From an uncultured Janthinobacterium sp. (GTDB lineage Bacteria > Vulcanimicrobiota > Vulcanimicrobiia > Vulcanimicrobiales > Vulcanimicrobiaceae): DNA of 15,225 nt. This document shows, piece after piece, positions 7,612-15,225 of the stretch. The stretch is from NCBI GenBank assembly GCA_964658025.1, contig CAZZXB010000074.1, forward strand, positions 1-15,225. Reading direction: 5' to 3'. Under the pieces are notes generated by a model. It made no database searches. It was not told where the DNA came from and saw nothing but the letters and a program-made list of their open reading frames with translations. The position numbers were made by a program, and so were the translations under genes. Numbering within the stretch: the first letter of the stretch is position 1; each line of letters opens with the position of its first letter.

Positions 7612-8997
7612 ATGCTCGAAACCGCCTCGCCCGCCGACTACGCGCGCGCCAACCGCGAACGCTACCTCGAAGAACTCAAGGCGTGGATCGCGTGTCCGTC
7701 GGTCTCGGCCGACCCGGCGCGCCACGGCGAGGTGCGGCGCTCGGCCGAGGCGGTCGTCGCGCGGATGCGCGCCGCCGGTCTCACGGAGGCGGAGGTGCTC
7801 GAGACGGACGGGCTCCCCGTCGCGTACGGATCGTGGTCGCACGCGCCGGGCGCGCCGACCGTGTTGATCTACGGCCACCACGACGTGCAACCGGAAGATC
7901 CGCTCGCGCTCTGGGACTCGCCGCCGTTCGAGGGGACCGTCCGCGACGGCAAGATCTTCGGGCGCGGTTCGGTCGACGACAAAGGTCAAGTGCTGATGCA
8001 TCTCGCCGCGCTCGAAGCGCACCTGCGCGCGCGCGGGTCGTTGCCGATCAACGTGAAGGTCGTCGTCGAGGGCGAGGAAGAGATCGGTTCGCCGAGTTTC
8101 GAGGCGTTTCTCGCGCGCGAGAAAGCGCGCTTGGCGTGCGACGTCGTCGTCGTCTCCGACACGGCCGTGTTCGCGGAAGACGTGCCGTCGCTCACCGTGT
8201 CGCTGCGCGGTCTGGTCGCGTGGGACGTCCGCGTGCACGGACCCACGAACGACCTGCACTCGGGCTATTTCGGCGGCCTGGTGGTCAATCCGATCGAAGC
8301 GCTCGCGCGGATGATCGCGACGCTCCGCGACGCCGACGGTCGCGTGCTCGTCGACGGCTTCTACGACGGCGTCCCCGAGCTCGCGGCGGCGCATCGTGCG
8401 GAACTCGAAGCGTTACCGTACGACGCGGCGCGCGAGGCGCGCGCGCTCGGCGTCTCCGGACTCGACGGCGGAGAGCGCTCGCGCGGTCCGCTCGAACGGT
8501 CGTGGTTCCGTCCGACGCTCGAACTCAACGGCATCTACGGCGGTTATCAGGGTCCGGGCGGTAAGACGATCGTGCCGAGTTTCGCGCATGCGAAGATCTC
8601 GGCGCGGCTCGTCGGCTCGCAAGAACCGGAGCGCGTGAAGCGCGCGGTGCGCGACCATCTCGAACGCGTCGCGCCGCCGGGCGTCCGGGTCGAGATCGAG
8701 GACGACGGCGACGTCCGCGCGGTCGTGACGTCGCGCGATCATCCCGCCGTGTCGGCGGCGGCGCGCGCGATGGAACGCGGCTTCGGTAAGCCGCCCGTCT
8801 TCATCGGAACGGGTGGGACGATCGGTCCCGTCTCGAGCTTCGATCGCATCCTGAATTTGCCGCAGGTGCTGATCGGCGTCGGCCTACCCGACGACGCGAT
8901 CCACGCGCCGAACGAGAAATTCGATCTCGCCCAATTCTACGGCGGCATCGAAACGATGACGTACCTCTACGACGAGCTCGCGACGGCGCTGCGCTAG
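7612..8997 (+). CDS. M20-family metallo-dipeptidase (CNDP2/Dug1-like); alternative CTG start at 7585
   Basis: C-terminal part of ORF 5329..8997: IYGHHDVQP, GRGSVDDKG, EGEEEIGS, DLHSG, RPTLELNGIYGGYQG, HAPNEK metal-binding motifs. Confidence 0.93.
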   Translation: MLETASPADYARANRERYLEELKAWIACPSVSADPARHGEVRRSAEAVVARMRAAGLTEAEVLETDGLPVAYGSWSHAPGAPTVLIYGHHDVQPEDPLALWDSPPFEGTVRDGKIFGRGSVDDKGQVLMHLAALEAHLRARGSLPINVKVVVEGEEEIGSPSFEAFLAREKARLACDVVVVSDTAVFAEDVPSLTVSLRGLVAWDVRVHGPTNDLHSGYFGGLVVNPIEALARMIATLRDADGRVLVDGFYDGVPELAAAHRAELEALPYDAAREARALGVSGLDGGERSRGPLERSWFRPTLELNGIYGGYQGPGGKTIVPSFAHAKISARLVGSQEPERVKRAVRDHLERVAPPGVRVEIEDDGDVRAVVTSRDHPAVSAAARAMERGFGKPPVFIGTGGTIGPVSSFDRILNLPQVLIGVGLPDDAIHAPNEKFDLAQFYGGIETMTYLYDELATALR

Positions 8998-9086
8998 CTT
9001 CGACGCGCGGCTCCGTCGCTCGATCGCGCGCCGCACGGCCGATCAATATCGCGCGCCGATTCGTCGCTCGATCGCAATCCGTTTCG

Positions 9087-9121
9087 CCGGCGACGACGCC
9101 GCGTCGTCGATACCGGTCTTT
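9087..9121 (+). terminator. Possible intrinsic terminator or strong hairpin after the topA..dipeptidase run
   Basis: Inverted repeat cgacgacgc-c-gcgtcgtcg (9091-9109), extendable by ccgg/ccgg (9087-9090 and 9113-9116), followed by only a short tcttt tail. Confidence 0.4.
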
Positions 9122-9237
9122 CGTCGTGGCGATAAGGTTGCGTTAATCCGGGTCGTTTAGGCTCACGGGAGCGTTTCGCTCGCGCTTCGATCGTCGCCCG
9201 CACGTGCGGGCAGGCTCGGGCGCTAAGAAAGGTCTCC

Positions 9238-10833
9238 TTGCAGAAGCTCTCTTTCTCGCGTGCCGTCGGCACGGGATTGCTCGTCGCGGCGCTCGCCGCC
9301 ACCACGCCCGCCGTCCGGTCCGGCGCCGCGATTCCAAGCGGCGTCGCCGCCGACCGCGGTCGCGACTGCGATCGCGATCGCGATCGTTCGGTCGTGCCGG
9401 ATTGGGGCCATCGGCCCACGTCGTGCGTCGCGCACGTCTTATTGATCAGCATCGACGGCATGCACGAGGTCGACCTCCGTCGTTTCGTCGCGACCCATCC
9501 GCACAGCGCGCTCGCCGCGCTCTCGCGTAGCGGCGTGACGTACTCGCAGGCGCGGACGCCCGTGCCGACCGACTCGTTTCCGGGACTGCTCGCGCTCACG
9601 ACCGGCGGCCATCCCGCATCGACGGGCGTGTACTACGAAAACTCGTTCGACCGCACGCTCTTCCCGCCCAAGACGAACTGCACGGGCCCGCGCGGCACGA
9701 CCGTCTTCATGGACGAATCGATCGACTACAATCCGAACGCGATCGACGGCGGCGGCGGGGTGAATCCCGCGCTGCTCACGCAAGAACGCGTGGGCAACGC
9801 GTGCCGTCAGGTGTTCCCGCACGATTACTTGCGCGTCAACACGATTTTCGAAGTCGTGAAGGCGCACGGCGGCCGCACCGCGTGGAGCGATAAAGAGCAG
9901 AGCTACGAAATCCTGGACGGTCCCTCGGGTCGCGGGGTCGACGATCTCTACAATCGCGAGATCGCGGCCGGCGGAACGACGGGTTCGCTCGAACTCACGG
10001 AAGCGTACGACGATACGAAGGTCGCGGCGATCCTCAACGAGATCGACGGCAAGACCTCGCGCGGCGTCGCGGGCGTCCGCGTTCCGGCGCTCTTCGGCAT
10101 GAACTTCCAAGCGGTCAGCGTCGGCCAAAAACTCGCGAAGGACCCGAGCACGGGACTCGTCGGCGGTTACACGGATGCGGCCGGCACGCCCGGGACGTTA
10201 CTCGAGCGCGGCATCGAGCACACCGACGCGTCGATCGGAAAATTTCTCGACGAACTCGCGGAGCGCGGGCTCGCGAAGTCGACGCTCGTCGTCATCTCCG
10301 CGAAGCACGGGCAACAACCGATCGATCGCAGGTTACGCCGCGCGGTCGACAGCACGCCGCTCACGAACGCGCTCGCGAAGAATCTCGGCAACGGGTTCGT
10401 CCAGACGGACGACCTCGCGCTGATCTGGCTCCAAGATCGTTCGGACAAGAACGAAGATAGCGCGTTTGCGAACATTCGTTCCGTCGCGACGATCGCCGCG
10501 TTCGAGCACGGCGACATCTACACGCAAGGCCACGTTCCGGAAGGCTTCGGACCGTTCTTCGATCCGCGCACGCCGGACTTCTCGCTCAAACTCGATCCGG
10601 GCGCGATCTACACGGGCGGCACGAAGATCGCCGAGCACGGCGGTTTCTCGGACGAAGACCGGCACGTCGCGTTACTCGTCGCGCGCGTCGGCCAGGAACC
10701 GCGCACGATCGACGCCCCCGTCGAGACGACGCAGGTCGCGCCGACGATCCTCGAAGCGCTCGGCATCGACGGCGCGCGTCTCCAGGCGGTCCGTCAAGAA
10801 AACACGCGCGAACTGCCGGGGCTGCGGCGCTAG
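9238..10833 (+). CDS. Secreted alkaline-phosphatase-superfamily (NPP/type I phosphodiesterase-like) protein
   Basis: Signal-peptide-like N-terminus (MQKLSFSRAVGTGLLVAALAATTPA), VLLISIDGMH, nucleophile region PTDSFPG followed by TTGG.P...G, LVVISAKHG, AEHGG, QVAPTILEALGI. AGAAAGG upstream of the TTG. Confidence 0.9.
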   Translation: MQKLSFSRAVGTGLLVAALAATTPAVRSGAAIPSGVAADRGRDCDRDRDRSVVPDWGHRPTSCVAHVLLISIDGMHEVDLRRFVATHPHSALAALSRSGVTYSQARTPVPTDSFPGLLALTTGGHPASTGVYYENSFDRTLFPPKTNCTGPRGTTVFMDESIDYNPNAIDGGGGVNPALLTQERVGNACRQVFPHDYLRVNTIFEVVKAHGGRTAWSDKEQSYEILDGPSGRGVDDLYNREIAAGGTTGSLELTEAYDDTKVAAILNEIDGKTSRGVAGVRVPALFGMNFQAVSVGQKLAKDPSTGLVGGYTDAAGTPGTLLERGIEHTDASIGKFLDELAERGLAKSTLVVISAKHGQQPIDRRLRRAVDSTPLTNALAKNLGNGFVQTDDLALIWLQDRSDKNEDSAFANIRSVATIAAFEHGDIYTQGHVPEGFGPFFDPRTPDFSLKLDPGAIYTGGTKIAEHGGFSDEDRHVALLVARVGQEPRTIDAPVETTQVAPTILEALGIDGARLQAVRQENTRELPGLRR

Positions 10834-10907
10834 CGCGTCCTGCCTCGATAGCGTGACGCGCGCCCGGCGACCGTCGCGCCATTGCGGCATCGGAAGAATC
10901 GGTCGCT

Positions 10908-10942
10908 CGAACGCGCGCGTCCCGCTCGGGAGCGCGCGTTCG
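10908..10942. other. Long GC-rich hairpin downstream of the phosphodiesterase-like gene
   Basis: cgaacgcgcgc (10908-10918) is the exact reverse complement of gcgcgcgttcg (10932-10942), with an inner tccc/ggga stem. No poly-T tail. Confidence 0.6.
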
Positions 10943-11093
10943 TCCGTGCCGAATCGACGTGCCTTCGCGATCGATCCCGAGCCGCGTCGCGGCGGCCCGC
11001 CTCGGGAGCGTCGACGGAAGGCCGACGAGCGCACCCGAGCGCGACGCGACGTTCGGGAAAGGAGCGTTCCCGGCGCCGGGGTAAATCGGCACG

Positions 11094-11360
11094 ATGTCGT
11101 CCGATCAACCGAAACCTTTCGATCCGGTCAGCCAGTTCGCGGAGATGGCATCGTTTTGGACGTCGCTCGGAAATCCGTTTCGCTCGATGATGGCCGCGTT
11201 GCCCGCCCGTTACGAGATGTTGGATCCCACGGTCCAAGAGATCGCGATCCTCGCGAGCATGCACAACATGGCGTCGATGGTGAAGAATCCCGAGAAGATC
11301 AAGGCGATCCTCAGCGCCGAGATCTCGGAGCGCGCGACGAAGCTCGCCGGCTCGAAGTAA
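11094..11360 (+). CDS. Hypothetical 88-aa Met-rich helical protein
   Basis: ATG..TAA with normal globular composition and host-like codons (atc, ctc, aag, tcg), unlike the Arg-rich overlapping shadow ORFs. No motif recognised. Confidence 0.7.
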   Translation: MSSDQPKPFDPVSQFAEMASFWTSLGNPFRSMMAALPARYEMLDPTVQEIAILASMHNMASMVKNPEKIKAILSAEISERATKLAGSK

Positions 11361-11513
11361 CGACACTCCGGATCCAAGCCGCCGAACGAACGCCGAGAGC
11401 CGCCGGGCCGACGAACACCATCGCTTCGCATCGTCAGGCTCCGTAGCGGCCCGCGTCGGTCGCGCGCGGAAGGCGTCGTCGTCGATCGTTCTGGCCGCCC
11501 GACGACGCGATCG

Positions 11514-11894
11514 CTACGACGCGATCCGCACCTTGGGATAGCCGCTGATCGCGAGGATCACGCCGCCCGGTTCGATCGAGGCCACTACGGTGTGCTCGCC
11601 GTCGGAGAACGTCATGGACGTTCCGTCCGACGTGTAGGTCCCGGTCGATCTCCGATCTCCGCTCGCGATCGTGCACGGACCGGTCACGGCGGTCGGGTCG
11701 CCGTCGTCGAGCCGCAATTCGAGATCGAACGTCCCGCGGCGCCCGAGGACGTCGTAACTTCCGCTGGCGGCGAATGCGTACGGCGAGTTGACGGTGACGC
11801 GGCACGAGCCCACGTTCTTCCAACCGAGTAAACTCGCTTGTAGGTCGTGCGCGTCGGTCGTCAGCGCGCCGAATGTCTGGACGAGCGTTGCCAT
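11514..11894 (-). CDS. Hypothetical 126-aa beta-rich protein
   Basis: GAGAGG Shine-Dalgarno-like sequence about 10 nt before the ATG; Thr/Gly/Val-rich alternating pattern; no signal peptide; lies 76 nt downstream of the kinase on the same strand. Confidence 0.7.
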   Translation of the reverse strand: MATLVQTFGALTTDAHDLQASLLGWKNVGSCRVTVNSPYAFAASGSYDVLGRRGTFDLELRLDDGDPTAVTGPCTIASGDRRSTGTYTSDGTSMTFSDGEHTVVASIEPGGVILAISGYPKVRIAS

Positions 11895-11970
11895 CGACGA
11901 AGTCCTCTCTCGGTCGTGAATGCGTCGTTATCGCGGATCGACCGCGCCGGGTCGTGGATCGTGGTTTTGA

Positions 11971-13428
11971 TTATGCGGACGGAGTTTTCGGGAGGGCGTC
12001 GCCGTAGGCGCCGAGCCAAAAACGCATCGGCACGAGCGGTAGCGCGGCCCACGTTTGGAGTAGGTCGAGATTCGAGACGCGGCTCGCGAACGCGCGCGAG
12101 GCGACCGGTGCGAGCGGACGGGAAGGCAACTCGCTCGCGAAGGCGGCGATCCCGGTTTGCATGAGAACGTCGTCGACCGATATCCGGCCCGAGACGTCTT
12201 CGGCGACGCCTTGCAACGTGAGCATGGATTTCCGAAAGAGCGTCGTCGCTTCGGGGAAATGGATCGCCGCCGTCCGCGCGAGTTCGTCGAGCAATCCGGT
12301 AAGCCAAGCGAATCCGGGAACCGTGCCGCTTCGGACGTCGCGAAAAGCCGCGCGGATCGCCGCATCGACCGCCGCCCTGTCGCTCACGCGGCCGAGCTCT
12401 TCGAGCGATCGAGCGACGAGCGATGCGTCGAGCGTCGCCGCGCCGAGCAGTGCCTGCACGATCGCGTCTCGTTGCGCGTCCGAAACGACGGTCGTCAACG
12501 CCCAATCGATGATCGCGAGTCGGCCGTCGTCCGTCACGAGCAGATTCCCGGCGTGCGGATCCGCGTGGAATTCCGCGCCTTCGGCCTTGTTCCAAAACGC
12601 TCTGGCGAGTAACGCGTCGATCGCGGTGCGCGCGAGCTCGCGCCGGCGCGTCGCGTCCAGGCCGGACTCGGTGATCTTGCGCCCGTCGACGAACTCCATC
12701 GCCGTCATCCGCGGCGTCGAGATGGGGAGGACGCGCGGCACGACGATCCGCGCGTCGTCCGCGTAGAAGCGGCGCGCCCGCGCGAGTCGTTCCTGTTCGA
12801 GATCGAGCCGGACCTCCGAGCGCAACAGCGTGCGAACGCCGCGTAACGTCTCCGCGAAGCGCAACGGCGGAAGCCCGTACTGCGTCGCACGTTCTTCGAG
12901 ATACGTTCCCAGGTCGTCCCAGATGTCGAGCTCTTCGAGGAGCCGGCGCTCGACGTGCGGCTTCACGACTTTCAAAACCCCGCGCACGGGTCGCGGTTCG
13001 GAAGGCGTCGTCCAGACGATCGAGACGACGACCGCGACGCTCCCTTCGGCGATCGCCTCGCTCGCGATCTCCACCCCGGGGGTGTCGCCGAGCTCCGCGC
13101 GGAGGACCGCGAGCACCTCCGCGAAGTCCGCGCTCGGCGGCAACGATTCGAGCGTCTGCAAACGCGCGCGAAGCTCGAGCGGCAGTCCTTTATCGTGGCC
13201 GATGACCTGCGCGAGTTTGTGGAGCGTCGGAGAGCGGCGCAAGAGCGCGACGACGCGCTCGTTCGCGTCGACCCCGCCCTCGATTTCGAACTGCTCCGCG
13301 ATCATGCTCTCGCGGCGTTCCTCGGGGAGTCGACCGAGAAAGAAGAGCAGGCCGTCGATGATGAGCGGCCGATACGCCGCGAACGCTTTCGGGACGATGT
13401 CGACGCCTTCGAAGACGTCGCGAAGCAT
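11971..13428 (-). CDS. UbiB/AarF/ABC1-family atypical kinase-like protein (start ATG 13428 or GTG 13437)
   Basis: C-terminal part of ORF 11971..14436: PTLHKLAQ (KxGQ-like), IAEGSVAVV (AAAS-loop equivalent), VLKVVKP, EVRLDLEQ, AMEFVDGRKI, FHADPHAGNL catalytic loop, IIDWAL (DFG equivalent). The upstream part of the listed ORF is intergenic or antisense to hslU. Confidence 0.88.
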   Translation of the reverse strand: MLRDVFEGVDIVPKAFAAYRPLIIDGLLFFLGRLPEERRESMIAEQFEIEGGVDANERVVALLRRSPTLHKLAQVIGHDKGLPLELRARLQTLESLPPSADFAEVLAVLRAELGDTPGVEIASEAIAEGSVAVVVSIVWTTPSEPRPVRGVLKVVKPHVERRLLEELDIWDDLGTYLEERATQYGLPPLRFAETLRGVRTLLRSEVRLDLEQERLARARRFYADDARIVVPRVLPISTPRMTAMEFVDGRKITESGLDATRRRELARTAIDALLARAFWNKAEGAEFHADPHAGNLLVTDDGRLAIIDWALTTVVSDAQRDAIVQALLGAATLDASLVARSLEELGRVSDRAAVDAAIRAAFRDVRSGTVPGFAWLTGLLDELARTAAIHFPEATTLFRKSMLTLQGVAEDVSGRISVDDVLMQTGIAAFASELPSRPLAPVASRAFASRVSNLDLLQTWAALPLVPMRFWLGAYGDALPKTPSA

Positions 13429-13791
13429 ATCGAGCACGGGCCTTACGCTAACCCGGATCGACCGGCGGCGCGGGTGGCATGCGTGCGGTATCGCGTGATT
13501 TCGTGGCCCACGAGGAGGTAGATTTATCTTCGGAATCGGCGAATACTTCGCACGCGAAAGAAAATTATCGAGCGCCCGCAGGGAGGCCGCGTCGTCGATT
13601 CGGCCGAGCACGGCGAACGGCCGAGTTCGGACCCCGATGCGATTTCCGGCGTGAATCGCGGGGGTGCGCCTCGATCCGGGAGCGACGGTCGTGCGGTCCG
13701 GCCCGCCGTTTCGAGGCGAATCCGCCGCGGAGCGCGGCCTTCGATTCGTCGCGGAAGTGATCGGCGTACGCCGGGCGAAGTCGAAAGGTCC

Positions 13792-15225
<1,434 letters not shown>

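Noticed and set aside
13512..13791. GAGGAGG at 13512-13518 followed by 90 open codons in frame with hslU
   Set aside because: The only candidate start (ATT 13522) is too close to the SD, the peptide is Arg/Gly/Pro-rich noise, and HslU homology begins at ATG 13792.
13438..13791. Heat-shock operator (CIRCE/HrcA, CtsR) or riboswitch upstream of hslU
   Set aside because: No TTAGCACTC-N9-GAGTGCTAA or CtsR-type heptad repeat was seen, only short hairpins in an AT-richer patch.
6158..13791. Prophage, integron, CRISPR or transposon origin for the hslV-hslU insert
   Set aside because: No integrase, transposase, attC-like sites, regular repeat-spacer array or tRNA target, and no obvious compositional shift.

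Overview
High-GC (about 70% by eye) bacterial chromosomal window built on the housekeeping scaffold topA - trmFO(gid) - ... - hslV - ... - hslU, the order known from the Bacillus subtilis topA-trmFO-xerC-hslV-hslU-codY locus, but interrupted. Where xerC normally sits there are a GNAT acetyltransferase and a cytochrome P450, chained in by 4-bp start/stop overlaps. hslV and hslU are about 7.6 kb apart, separated by an APC permease, an M20 dipeptidase, a secreted alkaline-phosphatase-superfamily enzyme with altered metal ligands, two small orphan ORFs and a divergent UbiB/ABC1 atypical kinase. Two real genes are missing from the ORF track because they run off the edges: a histone-H1-like Lys-repeat protein (minus strand, 140..<1, divergent from topA) and hslU (13792..>15225). 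No rRNA, tRNA, CRISPR array, integrase or transposase was seen. Codon style and gene order would fit an Eremiobacterota/Vulcanimicrobiota-like soil bacterium, but this is a weak inference. The best leads are the H1-like gene sharing a symmetric promoter with topA, the UbiB-like kinase with a natural AAAS->AEGS / KxGQ->KLAQ / DFG->DWA signature plus its orphan neighbours, the multi-hairpin region at 10908-11080, and the split hslVU locus.
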